A stretch of 64,000 nucleotides of DNA from an uncultured Methanosarcinales archaeon (GTDB lineage Archaea; Nanobdellota; Nanobdellia; Woesearchaeales; JACPIF01): positions 152,246-216,245 of the forward strand of contig CAZRPY010000001.1 of assembly GCA_964602245.1 (NCBI GenBank). The letters run 5' to 3'. The notes beneath the pieces are model-generated. The model was given only the letters and a program-made list of their open reading frames with translations, made no database searches and had not been told where the DNA came from. The stretch's first letter is position 1. Each line of letters begins with the position of its first letter. This document shows, piece after piece, positions 1-8,973 of this stretch. Position numbers and translations under genes: made by a program.

Positions 1-360
1 TTCACTTCCCCATATCACAATTCTAATCATTCCAGTTTCATCACCTATTAAGAAAGAGCCGACTTTACCTTCTCTATTATTTGTAGTAAATTCTTTTACA
101 TCATAAACTTGAAGGACTTTACCTAGGGTTTCAACACTTCTCATTCCTTGCAATATGTTCTTTATTTTTAGTTGACCTGTGAATTGGTCAAATAGTCTAA
201 TGCCTAGCTCATTTGCAATAATATGAGCTGCACCTTCTTTAGAAATTAAGCCAGAAAGTTGTTTTAGCTTTGCATTAATCCTGTTTTCTATATCTTCTCT
301 GCTAATTGCTTTCTTTTCTTGAATAGTCTTTATGATGTCTTCATAAGAAAGTTTTATCAT
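1..360 (-). CDS. rpa: Replication protein A (RPA) large-subunit homolog, N-terminal part; C-terminus runs off the window edge
   Basis: I translated the minus strand from the ATG at 360..358. It gives MIKLSYEDIIKTIQEKKAISREDIENRINAKLKQLSGLISKEGAAHIIANELGIRLF...GKVGSFLIGDETGMIRIVIWGSE. This resembles the helical N-terminus plus first OB fold of Pyrococcus-type RPA. The ORF is absent from the track because it crosses the window edge. Confidence 0.7.
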   Translation of the reverse strand, partial: MIKLSYEDIIKTIQEKKAISREDIENRINAKLKQLSGLISKEGAAHIIANELGIRLFDQFTGQLKIKNILQGMRSVETLGKVLQVYDVKEFTTNNREGKVGSFLIGDETGMIRIVIWGSE

Positions 361-460
361 TATGAGAAGGGTTTATGAGGAGTTTATATATCTTTTTGTT
401 GTGTGGGGTTAACTATCGGGATTTTTTAACAACAATCTTATATATTTTAATATCCTAAAT

Positions 461-694
461 ATGCTTATGAATTATGTAACTCATTTCATTATCGTTATTC
501 TAGTATTCTCTTTTTTGATAGTCTATCCAATCTATTTATTGAGTGATGACATCTGGATTATCTTTCTCTTTGTCCTTACCTTGCTAGTAATAGTTGTTGT
601 AATACTTTATTTTTTGCAGAAAAAATATCCTAAATCAAAAATTGTAAAGGTCTTAGAAAATATAAAAGAAATTCTGAAGGATACTTTCCCTTAA
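461..694 (+). CDS. Small hypothetical membrane protein, two predicted TM helices
   Basis: The ORF has 77 aa, a strongly hydrophobic composition and a basic C-terminus. There is no homology evidence. Confidence 0.3.
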   Translation: MLMNYVTHFIIVILVFSFLIVYPIYLLSDDIWIIFLFVLTLLVIVVVILYFLQKKYPKSKIVKVLENIKEILKDTFP

Positions 695-702
695 TCCGCT
701 TC

Positions 703-1488
703 CTACGAAAACTCTATAGCAAACTTTATTTTGTGCTCTTTCTCTACTATATTGCTCTTTTCATCTGTTACTATGAGCTTTTTGCCAGTATTATAGCATA
801 ATGCGTAGATTTTTCTTTGATAGGATTTTAGATCGCACTCTTTTCCAAGAGCGCCTTTTCTTACTGATAATATAGCACCGTTTTGATCTCTTGCTAATCT
901 ATGATTTTGAGTGTCTGAGAAGGTTAATTGGCTTGAAAGCTTTGAGTTTTTGATAATGACTGAATATTTGTTTTTGTTAAGCTCTGTATTAACTACAATA
1001 TTAGATCCATCTTGGGATAGCTTATATTCTGCTTGGCTAATATGTTCATGAGCACATTCACAATTATTTTCTGTGCTAGAAGAGCAATTACTTAAATAGT
1101 CAAGGAAATCCATAAAGATTCCTTCATCACCTTCATAACAGCCTATGGCTAATGGAAATCCTGGTTTATTAGAGCCTTCTTTAAGATTAAATTTTAACAT
1201 TTCAGTATTAACACAGGCTTCTTTATCCTTTTCTTGTGAGCAGGAATTAGATATTTGTTTTAAGGCTTCTTCTATCTTGTCATAAACATCTAAATAGTAG
1301 TCTAAATCTATAGAGAAAGAAGGCCTGATGGAATAGGTGCCTATTACGATGTTATGAGGAATATTTTCTATAAATTGTTGTAAAGTTGCTTGACCTGTGA
1401 TTTTATTGCTTGGGTATAACTCAAGTAATATAGCTAGCCCTATTAATAGAAAAACTATTGCAGGTATTATAATAATTCTTTTTTTCAT
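703..1488 (-). CDS. Secreted or membrane-anchored hypothetical protein; last gene of the surface-protein operon
   Basis: The N-terminus is basic then hydrophobic (MKKRIIIIPAIVFLLIGLAILL). The gene is tightly packed on the same strand as its neighbours. Confidence 0.6.
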   Translation of the reverse strand: MKKRIIIIPAIVFLLIGLAILLELYPSNKITGQATLQQFIENIPHNIVIGTYSIRPSFSIDLDYYLDVYDKIEEALKQISNSCSQEKDKEACVNTEMLKFNLKEGSNKPGFPLAIGCYEGDEGIFMDFLDYLSNCSSSTENNCECAHEHISQAEYKLSQDGSNIVVNTELNKNKYSVIIKNSKLSSQLTFSDTQNHRLARDQNGAILSVRKGALGKECDLKSYQRKIYALCYNTGKKLIVTDEKSNIVEKEHKIKFAIEFS

Positions 1489-1491
1489 TTT

Positions 1492-2592
1492 TTAGCCTAT
1501 CATTCCATATAATGGTTTAACTTCTGCTAGCTTTTGTTTTGACATTTCTATTGCCCATAGTTCTGTGCCATATTCCCAGTGCCACCATTCACTAGGAAGA
1601 TTAGTAAAGCCTGCTTTAGTCATGATTTCTTTTAGCTTCTGTCTGCAATTATGTATGTCTATGCCTCTTGGATCTTTGTTATTAGCATAGTCGTCTATTT
1701 GGGACTTATCTAGAATGTTAATTGTGCCACAAGAATTTCTATTGCCATTAATAACTAGCCTTACATCAACTGCACCACCTGTCTGATGGCTTGATTTTCC
1801 TGCAGGAGCTGCATTTCTATTAATGCATTTACCATTTCTTAATTTCCCACATATTTTTTCTTGATCATCGTAGCTTCTGTAAGCATCGTTCACTATTAAT
1901 TCGTAGCCTTGGTCTTGAGCATATTTCTTTGCTAAATTTAATTGTTGCAGGGCTTGGGCTCTTAACTGACATATTGTATTTTTATCACGAGCTGAACAAG
2001 AAAAATCATATAGCTTCTCACTAGGCCCAGTTCCTATAGTTAGTAAAGGAGTTTGATAAGTTTCAATAGGATTTTGAATTTTTGCTAGTTGTGTCTTAAG
2101 AACTAAATCATAATTTACTCCATTAAGAGCTACTCCAAGGAACTTTAGATTTTTATCGTTAATAACAGAATATTCATAATTTTCTGCTTTCATATTTATA
2201 TCTTTATTTTTTTCTAGCCTTGGTTTAAAAGAGTTTTGGAATTCTTTCTTAATAGCTGTATCTATTTCATTTTTACTAGGGAAACAATTGTCATTTGCTT
2301 TATTCCATATAGCATAAGTTCCGTACTTATCGCATTTATTTAAAATACTTGGAATTTTATTAATTGCTTCCTGTAAAGTGTAATAAGCTGCTGACTGAAT
2401 AAATATTAGTTGGGAAAAAACCTCATTTTCATTATTATACATTGAAAGTGCTGATTCACCAATAAAAGTTACGTCTGGTCTGAAGTTTTTTACAGTTGTG
2501 CCAAATAAAGTTGCAACTGCTGCAACAAATCCGATTAATATTATATATATTAATACTGCTGATTTTTTATTTAAAATAGCTATTTTTGTCAT
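1492..2592 (-). CDS. Membrane-anchored peptidase M15 / VanY-like D-alanyl-D-alanine carboxypeptidase domain protein
   Basis: It has an N-terminal TM anchor. The C-terminal domain carries the LAS-metallopeptidase signature SxHxxGxAxD (SSHQTGGAVDV) and ExxH (EWWHWEY), plus a DxxR-like YRSYDDQ segment. Confidence 0.6.
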   Translation of the reverse strand: MTKIAILNKKSAVLIYIILIGFVAAVATLFGTTVKNFRPDVTFIGESALSMYNNENEVFSQLIFIQSAAYYTLQEAINKIPSILNKCDKYGTYAIWNKANDNCFPSKNEIDTAIKKEFQNSFKPRLEKNKDINMKAENYEYSVINDKNLKFLGVALNGVNYDLVLKTQLAKIQNPIETYQTPLLTIGTGPSEKLYDFSCSARDKNTICQLRAQALQQLNLAKKYAQDQGYELIVNDAYRSYDDQEKICGKLRNGKCINRNAAPAGKSSHQTGGAVDVRLVINGNRNSCGTINILDKSQIDDYANNKDPRGIDIHNCRQKLKEIMTKAGFTNLPSEWWHWEYGTELWAIEMSKQKLAEVKPLYGMIG

Positions 2593-3083
2593 TATGTTAC
2601 ACCTATGTCTTTCCCTATATTGAGGCTTATCGTAAGAATTTCTCCATTTGGAGCAGAGAGTTTGACTGAGGCTAACCTGGTTTTTGATCCTGCTGAATCA
2701 AAATTTTTATCTTTTATTTCTAAAGAGTGTATGGGTTCTATTCTTAACATCCATGCTACTTTAGAAGGATCTTTATAATGTGCTTTAAAGAAATTGTTAG
2801 TATAGTCTTCAAAGTATTTATAGTCGTTATTTGCTATTGCTAAAGCTAGTAAGTCTATAGTCTTTTTGCCTTTATCATCTACTGAACTAAGATATTCAAG
2901 TAGAATTCTTGCTCCTTCTGCTCTTTCTAGAGCATCATCTGCATACTGATTTATTTGGTTTGTAATATTGCTCTTTATGCCAAGAAAAAAGGGGATGGAT
3001 ACCCCTATTATAAATATAGCAAATATTACTTGAAGCCAGTCATCCATAATACCTCTTTTATTTAGCATTTTGTATCTCCACAA
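2592..3083 (-). CDS. Type IV pilin-like protein with class III signal peptide
   Basis: The N-terminus is MLNKRG|IMDDWLQVIFAIFIIGV. This is the archaeal prepilin pattern of a short basic n-region, Gly at -1, then a hydrophobic helix. Confidence 0.55.
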   Translation of the reverse strand: MWRYKMLNKRGIMDDWLQVIFAIFIIGVSIPFFLGIKSNITNQINQYADDALERAEGARILLEYLSSVDDKGKKTIDLLALAIANNDYKYFEDYTNNFFKAHYKDPSKVAWMLRIEPIHSLEIKDKNFDSAGSKTRLASVKLSAPNGEILTISLNIGKDIGVT

Positions 3084-3570
3084 TTAAGAAGCCTTTTGAT
3101 ATTTTCCCCTTGTCATAGATGTTAATTTCTTTAGTTTTCTTAGTGATAAGGGCAGAGTCATCAAAATTTTTAGTTGTTAGAATAATTTCCTGATTATTCT
3201 TAATATCTTTAAGAGTTAAACTAAAAGCTTTTACTGTTTTCTCTTTAAATTTTGATTTTTCTTCTACTGCATAGCATTTGTCTAAAGTTTCTTGATTAAA
3301 TTTTTCTATATCTATAGTATTAAAGAAATAATTGAATTCTCTTTGAGAAGCTGAAAAACATAATGGAGAGTTGATAAATCTTTGCAGAAAGATGAATGTA
3401 TCTAAGTTTTTTGGAGTTTCTATTTTTACATTGCCTATCCTTATTATTAGAAAGGTAAAAAGTAATAAGAGAATAGCGATAATAAACAATACTGCTACAT
3501 AAAAAATAACATCGTGTGCAAAAAGCTGGGCTTTTTTCCATCTTTTGGAGATTTTACTTCTTGTATTCAT
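3058..3570 (-). CDS. Hypothetical membrane-anchored protein
   Basis: It has a basic N-terminus followed by one TM helix (VIFYVAVLFIIAILLLLF). It overlaps its neighbours, consistent with an operon. Confidence 0.5.
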   Translation of the reverse strand: MNTRSKISKRWKKAQLFAHDVIFYVAVLFIIAILLLLFTFLIIRIGNVKIETPKNLDTFIFLQRFINSPLCFSASQREFNYFFNTIDIEKFNQETLDKCYAVEEKSKFKEKTVKAFSLTLKDIKNNQEIILTTKNFDDSALITKKTKEINIYDKGKISKGFLIVEIQNAK

Positions 3571-4484
3571 TTGTTGTATTCCTCTATACCTTTTATGATA
3601 GAAATTGAAAAATCTGAGGGTATTTTATGATAATTCTGATTTGCAATATTTCCTAATTCCAAGTAGATTGCAAAATCTTGATCTTTTAGGATATATCTTG
3701 GATCATTTGGCTCTACTCTATTTGTATCTATTGGAATAATTACATAGCTATCAACATTAACTCTTTCCATCATCTCGTTAATAATGAAACAGCTAACAGT
3801 AAGTGCTTCTTTTGTATTTCTGGAATTATGAGAGATATAAGCTTTAATATGATTGCTAGGAAGGTTGATATTGTTAATATTTAAAGCTAATAAGAACTTA
3901 TCAATTTGCAGCTGAGAAGACGGTATGTAATTAACACTTCCTTTAAGTCCATCTGAGATTTTTTCCAATTCTTTATACTCGTCTGAATCTTTTTTAGCCG
4001 CTGAATGGAGAATTATTGGTTGTGTAATTTTCCTAAAATTTTGTTCTTTATCGCATTCAAACTTATTTATAGCAAAAGTGTCATAGTCTATGTAAATATT
4101 CTTACCTTGCTTATTAATTGCAAAATATAATGGATTTTCTAGATTAATATTTTTAGGATTAATGTCATTTTCTTTTTGAGTTACAAAATAATAAATTCCT
4201 GGAGTAAGATCTCTGGCTTTTGTGGAGATTTCTACTTTGTTATTGTTTATGTTTATCCTATAGTTATAGAGGTCATTAAATTCTACATATGCATTTCCTC
4301 TCATTCCAGATAAAGCATCTATTGCTAAACCGATCTCTTTTGCTATTTCTTGTTTATAATGAATCTCATTACTTGCATAATCCTGCGCTTCATTTATAAA
4401 AAGCCAACCTACAAATATAGCTAGCACTATCTCTGCTACAACTATAACAGGATATTCTGTGCCTGTTTCTCCTCTTTTATTCAT
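3567..4484 (-). CDS. Type IV pilin-like protein with class III signal peptide
   Basis: The N-terminus is MNKRG|ETGTEYPVIVVAEIVLAIFVGWLFI. Confidence 0.55.
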   Translation of the reverse strand: MNKRGETGTEYPVIVVAEIVLAIFVGWLFINEAQDYASNEIHYKQEIAKEIGLAIDALSGMRGNAYVEFNDLYNYRININNNKVEISTKARDLTPGIYYFVTQKENDINPKNINLENPLYFAINKQGKNIYIDYDTFAINKFECDKEQNFRKITQPIILHSAAKKDSDEYKELEKISDGLKGSVNYIPSSQLQIDKFLLALNINNINLPSNHIKAYISHNSRNTKEALTVSCFIINEMMERVNVDSYVIIPIDTNRVEPNDPRYILKDQDFAIYLELGNIANQNYHKIPSDFSISIIKGIEEYNK

Positions 4485-4491
4485 TTTAGCA

Positions 4492-5157
4492 TTAAGGATA
4501 TCCTATATAAGAGCTAGGTGAGATTACATTACAATTTCTTTTTGGACATACTCCAACTTTTCCAAAGTCTTTTCTTACATATAATGCATTTAGAGTGTCT
4601 TTTGCATAGATGCCAAATATTTCTTGAAATAGCCTGGGGAAATCACTGCTTCTAATTATACCAAATCCATTTTTCCATGAATATGTAACAGTGTTTAGTC
4701 CTTGCCTAAGGTCGTTGATATGTGTGTAGTCTGTTATTATTACATTGTCCAAAGACCTACAGTTCATTGTTCCTACACATCTAAATTCTTTATCGTCAAT
4801 TAATATTTCTGAACATATACATACACAAGAGCTTTCTTTTTTGCATCCTGTTTCTTGGCTAGGTCTTGTAAGAGGCCTGACTGTACTTTCCTTTGATTGC
4901 AAAGTAAGGACTAATTCTAACTTATCTGCATTAGGAGCAAATCCGAAAACTGCGTTCTTGTCATTATCAAGAAAAAATGCTACTGGATCCTGAGAGCCTT
5001 CTTCTACGCTTTCGATTGCACTAACTAAAGTGTTAAAAGAATTTGAGGTTCTAGTAGTTATTTTAAAAATGTCTATTGCAATTTCAGTAGCAAAAACAAA
5101 AAGGATTATACCAATTACTAATAATATTATTGCTATAGTCACAAAACCTTTGGCCAT
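4492..5157 (-). CDS. Type IV pilin-like protein with class III signal peptide; Cys-containing C-terminal domain
   Basis: The N-terminus is MAKG|FVTIAIILLVIGIILFV. Confidence 0.6.
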   Translation of the reverse strand: MAKGFVTIAIILLVIGIILFVFATEIAIDIFKITTRTSNSFNTLVSAIESVEEGSQDPVAFFLDNDKNAVFGFAPNADKLELVLTLQSKESTVRPLTRPSQETGCKKESSCVCICSEILIDDKEFRCVGTMNCRSLDNVIITDYTHINDLRQGLNTVTYSWKNGFGIIRSSDFPRLFQEIFGIYAKDTLNALYVRKDFGKVGVCPKRNCNVISPSSYIGYP

Positions 5158-5159
5158 TT

Positions 5160-5474
5160 TTATTTAGATGATTTTCTTTTTTCTTCAATTTCTTTTCTAC
5201 AGATATCAGAAGGTGTTGGGCATTTTCCTTCAGAATCTTTTTCTTGGTTAGCATTGCAAGGACATGGATCAATAGTGTCAAAAACTCCATCATTGTCATG
5301 GTCTAGAGATAAGCCTGTTGCCGTATCTCCTATTGGTTTAGAGCTCTTGGAAAAGAGTTGTCCTGGGCCAAAAAAGGTATAGCCAATAACTATTAATGCT
5401 AATAGCCCTAGCATCATACCAACAATTACCCACATCATGCCACCTTCCATTGCTTTCTCATTCATTTGTATCAC
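5160..5474 (-). CDS. Small membrane-anchored protein with a thrombospondin-type-3-like Asp-rich Ca-binding motif
   Basis: It has a hydrophobic N-terminus. The C-terminus reads DHDNDGVFDTIDPCPCNANQEKDSEGKC, which is a DxDxDG Ca-binding-like motif. Confidence 0.5.
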   Translation of the reverse strand: MIQMNEKAMEGGMMWVIVGMMLGLLALIVIGYTFFGPGQLFSKSSKPIGDTATGLSLDHDNDGVFDTIDPCPCNANQEKDSEGKCPTPSDICRKEIEEKRKSSK

Positions 5475-5477
5475 CTT

Positions 5478-6212
5478 TTATGCGCATTTATATTGTTTTT
5501 GCAGATCTAAATTTCTTACATACTGAGGAGGGATACCTCTATCGTATGATGCTCCTAATAAACCTCTATAAGTTGGTAAAAAACAAATATTGTTTTGGTC
5601 AATATTAAACATTAAGTTTGAATCATCTAGCACTCCATTAGTTAGCTTTTGACCTGATTCATATTCCACTATAATTGTATTTTTCCCTTTAACTGTTATT
5701 TTATTGGCTCTTGCATATTTCTGTTGAGTAGTGTCTGGCTGTTTAAGAATGAACTTATTTATGAAATATCTTACTTGGCTTTGTCCAGTTACTACACAAG
5801 GATATTTCTGTTCTATAAACTCTCTCTTAACCTCCTCTCCTTTAGGAGCTTGTATTATTATAAATAAGCCATTATAAGCTTTCTGGCGAGATTTGTCTAA
5901 GACTATTGAATAGCTTTGGAAATCTTGAGGAAACTGAAGATTATAAATAAGGCATTCATTATTGTATTTAACATCTTTTAAGAAAGATACTAATGAGTTA
6001 TAAGCCTGGTTTAATTCTGGTGGTGGTGTTAGAGTTCCTGCTTCTATATCAGGTGTTTTGCCATAACTTACTGAAATCATGTTTATTAGGAAATTAAAAG
6101 CTGTTGTTAGAACACTAAATAACTTACCAGTCCATCCAAGGTAAACTACTAGGAGTAAACCTACTAGTGCTAAAAGAACTACTATTTTCAAAAGAGCTTT
6201 TTTGCCAATCAT
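5478..6212 (-). CDS. Secreted or membrane-anchored hypothetical protein
   Basis: The N-terminus is MIGKKALLKIVVLLALVGLLLVV. Its start overlaps the stop of the upstream small pilin ORF (ATGA overlap). Confidence 0.55.
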   Translation of the reverse strand: MIGKKALLKIVVLLALVGLLLVVYLGWTGKLFSVLTTAFNFLINMISVSYGKTPDIEAGTLTPPPELNQAYNSLVSFLKDVKYNNECLIYNLQFPQDFQSYSIVLDKSRQKAYNGLFIIIQAPKGEEVKREFIEQKYPCVVTGQSQVRYFINKFILKQPDTTQQKYARANKITVKGKNTIIVEYESGQKLTNGVLDDSNLMFNIDQNNICFLPTYRGLLGASYDRGIPPQYVRNLDLQKQYKCA

Positions 6213-6355
6213 CTTGAAAATTTAATAGCTGAAGCGTCTGGGGCTTTGCTAGTAAAATAAATATAAAGTAAGATAACTACAAGTATTAAAGCAGACATTA
6301 GCACTAGATAAACAACTGCATTTGCACCTATTTCAAAACCCTTTTTACTTTTCAT
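6209..6355 (-). CDS. Small (48 aa) archaeal pilin or flagellin-like protein, absent from the ORF track
   Basis: My translation of the minus strand 6355..6209 is MKSKKG|FEIGANAVVYLVLMSALILVVILLYIYFTSKAPDASAIKFSR*. It has a canonical class III signal (KKG|F...). Its stop overlaps the start codon of the next gene. Confidence 0.55.
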   Translation of the reverse strand: MKSKKGFEIGANAVVYLVLMSALILVVILLYIYFTSKAPDASAIKFSR

Positions 6356-6374
6356 GTTTTATTCTGTTTATTTT

Positions 6375-7622
6375 TTATTCTGGTATTATGCTGCATAATG
6401 GACCTTCCTGACCTGTTACTTTCTGGTCAGTTATCTGGCTAACTGTACTTAAATATATTGTGGAAGTTGGTCTTTGTCTCCACCAATCAACAAGTGGCAC
6501 ATATAGGTCTCTTACTCCTTGTTGTCCTATAAGAGCTCCAAAAATACCTCCTCCTATAGTTACTCCTGCTCCAATTACAATTGCTGGAATGCACAAAACT
6601 CCAGTTGCACAAGCTACTCCAGCAACTTTAGCTGCTAATAAGCCTGTTGCAGCAGCTGCGACAAATCCATAGCCACCAACTATTGCATTACAAATAGATG
6701 TAGTGCATTCTTTTGTAGGAGCACCAAAACTTATTGCATAAATCTCATTAGGCTCTATATCAGTAAGAATATATACACCTCCAGGACCAACACCTCTTTG
6801 GAGATAACTTAGATAACTAAGATCATTTTCTTTTTTAATATAGCAAGTCTCATCTCTAGGGCATTTCCAATTTGGATAGACAGTATAGTTTGGGCCAAGA
6901 TAACCTTTACTGCACTCTCCCCCATTATTTAAGCAATCAATATTACTGTAACAGCATCCTTCTCCTTTGCTAGCATGATTTTTCTTGCAGAAAGTATTTT
7001 TCTCATCAAATTCTATATTTCTTAAATCTGTTTTAATATGTTGTGTACATTCCTCTTTTTTATTTGCACAAAAACCACCTCTATCTTTGCCAAAAGTAAA
7101 GCATCTATGGGTTGTATCTTTAGCTTTGTAAGGGGTTGTTGCTAAATATTGGGTGAATTCCTCTGTAGAAATCTTTCCAGTTATCTTTGCGTTTTTCTTA
7201 ACTTTAAATACATAACATGTCTGACAATTATTAATCCAGGGACTTCCTTCCTTAAAAATATCTCCAGCTCTGCCTTCATCGTATCTTTGCCAGCAGTCTT
7301 TCATTAGATCTGCAATTGCTTTCTTTACAAGTTCCTCACTTTCTCCTTTTTTAGGAATTTCTTTCTTATCTACTGTGACACAGCCTTTTAGAGGAGCTCT
7401 TAAAGTTGCTAATCTTAAGTCTACCCCTAAATTTACATTAACTTGAATCTCGTGTCTTCTCAGATCAATATTTATCCTGCAAATTTCATCTTTAATAGCA
7501 TCATCTGCTCCTTGAAGTATTTTTGGAAAGAGTGGAAAGGTAAGGGCTACTCCAATAAATATAAGTATTAAGGCGCCAATTGTTGCTGTTAAAGCTTCTA
7601 CACCTCTTTTATTGGTTGACAT
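6375..7622 (-). CDS. Large type IV pilin-like, Cys-rich protein with a Gly/Ala-rich hydrophobic C-terminus
   Basis: The track ORF 6375..7661 begins at a TTG. The likely start is the internal ATG at 7622, giving MSTNKRG|VEALTATIGALILIFIGVAL, a canonical class III signal. The body has many Cys. The C-terminus is a Gly/Ala/Val-rich hydrophobic stretch. Confidence 0.65.
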   Translation of the reverse strand: MSTNKRGVEALTATIGALILIFIGVALTFPLFPKILQGADDAIKDEICRINIDLRRHEIQVNVNLGVDLRLATLRAPLKGCVTVDKKEIPKKGESEELVKKAIADLMKDCWQRYDEGRAGDIFKEGSPWINNCQTCYVFKVKKNAKITGKISTEEFTQYLATTPYKAKDTTHRCFTFGKDRGGFCANKKEECTQHIKTDLRNIEFDEKNTFCKKNHASKGEGCCYSNIDCLNNGGECSKGYLGPNYTVYPNWKCPRDETCYIKKENDLSYLSYLQRGVGPGGVYILTDIEPNEIYAISFGAPTKECTTSICNAIVGGYGFVAAAATGLLAAKVAGVACATGVLCIPAIVIGAGVTIGGGIFGALIGQQGVRDLYVPLVDWWRQRPTSTIYLSTVSQITDQKVTGQEGPLCSIIPE

Positions 7623-7623
7623 T

Positions 7624-7779
7624 TTATGGAAGTTTAGTTTTAAAGAAGTTTGTAATCGCAAAATATAATAGTATGATTAATAACAAAGAAATGATAAGTA
7701 TAATTGCAAATTGAGCAGCTCTAGCTCCGGATATCTCTGAATCCTGGGCTTTTTTGTTTGATAAAATCTTGTTTTTCAT
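7624..7779 (-). CDS. Small (51 aa) membrane protein, possibly pilin-like, absent from the ORF track
   Basis: My translation is MKNKILSNKKAQDSEISGARAAQFAIILIISLLLIILLYFAITNFFKTKLP*. Its stop lies 1 nt upstream of the start of the 6375..7622 gene. Confidence 0.4.
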   Translation of the reverse strand: MKNKILSNKKAQDSEISGARAAQFAIILIISLLLIILLYFAITNFFKTKLP

Positions 7780-7846
7780 AAGTTTATTACTTAAGAACTT
7801 TGTATATAAGCCTTTCTAAAGCTAGGCTTCAGTAAAAATAAGTTTC

Positions 7847-7965
7847 GTTTTGCCATCGGTTCGCATTTTGCTGTTTCTTATGATGTTGACTTTCCCCGTA
7901 AGGGACTTCCCCCTTGTCAAAGCTAAGTTGCCTTAGAAGAATGCTCGCAAAATTGATGGCAAAAC
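7847..7965 (+). ncRNA. Candidate structured ncRNA or structured repeat element, family copy 1 of 3
   Basis: The terminal inverted repeat is gttttgccatc / gatggcaaaac. The conserved strands are ggttcgcatt and gaatgctcgcaaaatt. The internal hairpin is gttgac-tttcccc-GTAA-ggg-acttccccc-tgtcaa. A TATA-like tgtatataa lies at 7801-7809 and the run ttatttttatc lies downstream. The strand was assigned from the GNRA loop and TATA orientation. Confidence 0.45.
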
Positions 7966-8109
7966 TTATTTTTATCAGAGCTTAAAGCTAAAAAGAGATT
8001 TTATCGCTAAATAAGATAACTAAAGAAATAATAAGTATAAGAATAAAGGAGCTTACTAAAATAACTGATAAAGAAATACCTTGAGCTTTAATGCTACTCA
8101 TATTAGCTA

Positions 8110-8385
8110 TTATGTTGGAATACAACACTTAGTGTTTTGGGTGTCTTTTTGGCCAGCTATAAAGCATGATGCTCCTGGAAGATAGACATTATCCTGTGGA
8201 CAATCTTGACCTGTTGGAACACATTTGCCACCTTTAGCTTGGCAGTCCTCAACGCCAACTCGGAATATAGCAATTCTTCCAGTAAATATAAGCACTAAGA
8301 TAACTAAAACTATTAAGGCTATCGCTGCAACTATAATTACATTTAAAGATAGCTCAGCTCCTCTTTTATTTGATTTTTTAAGCAT
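8110..8385 (-). CDS. Type IV pilin-like protein (91 aa) with class III signal peptide and Cys-rich C-terminus
   Basis: The N-terminus is MLKKSNKRG|AELSLNVIIVAAIALIVLVILVLIF, a textbook archaeal prepilin signal. Confidence 0.7.
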   Translation of the reverse strand: MLKKSNKRGAELSLNVIIVAAIALIVLVILVLIFTGRIAIFRVGVEDCQAKGGKCVPTGQDCPQDNVYLPGASCFIAGQKDTQNTKCCIPT

Positions 8386-8466
8386 GACAATGCCTCTATA
8401 TTTCTTTTAAACCTATTATTTGATGTATATAAAGCTTTCTATGTGATTTAAATTTATATGATTTAT

Positions 8467-8973
8467 TTAGCTACATATATCCATCACTAATGTTAAGGTT
8501 CCTGCATCTGTCTGGATATAGTTTTGTTTTGATTCCTTTTCTCCTGTGCATCTTCCATTTGTATTCTTTAGTATAACTTGGCCTGGTATCCTAGCCTCAA
8601 ATGAGTAGCTTTGATTGCCCCATGCTGTTAAAGTTGAATCAAAGATAAGGCTAATAGTGCTTTTTAAATAGTCACATGACCTTTGGTTATTTTGACATTT
8701 GAGCTGGGTATTAGGAGAGTTATAATTTTCTGCGCAATCCTTAAAGAGGTTATTTACAGAATTTCCAAAACAGTCTATAGTTGTTGTTCTTAAGATAGAA
8801 CTTAAAAGATTGGATGCTAATTGTGTTTGAGTGAATGTTTTTTTAATACTAGAGGGCTCTTTATTTACAGTGAATTGTATTATAAATAATATTCCAAGTG
8901 ATATGAGAATAACTATAACTGCTAACCCCATGATTTCCATTTGTGATTTCTTACTGGTTATTTTGATTTGCAT
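8467..8973 (-). CDS. Pilin-like or membrane-anchored secreted protein
   Basis: The N-terminus is ...SKKSQMEIMGLAVIVILISLGILFII. The start region is tandemly duplicated: atgcaaatcaaaataa occurs twice at 8958-8989. Confidence 0.5.
   Translation of the reverse strand: MQIKITSKKSQMEIMGLAVIVILISLGILFIIQFTVNKEPSSIKKTFTQTQLASNLLSSILRTTTIDCFGNSVNNLFKDCAENYNSPNTQLKCQNNQRSCDYLKSTISLIFDSTLTAWGNQSYSFEARIPGQVILKNTNGRCTGEKESKQNYIQTDAGTLTLVMDICS

Noticed and set aside
3320-3541. 73-aa minus-strand ORF
   Set aside because: It is embedded out of frame inside the 3058-3570 gene. It has a hydrophilic junk-like composition and no start context.
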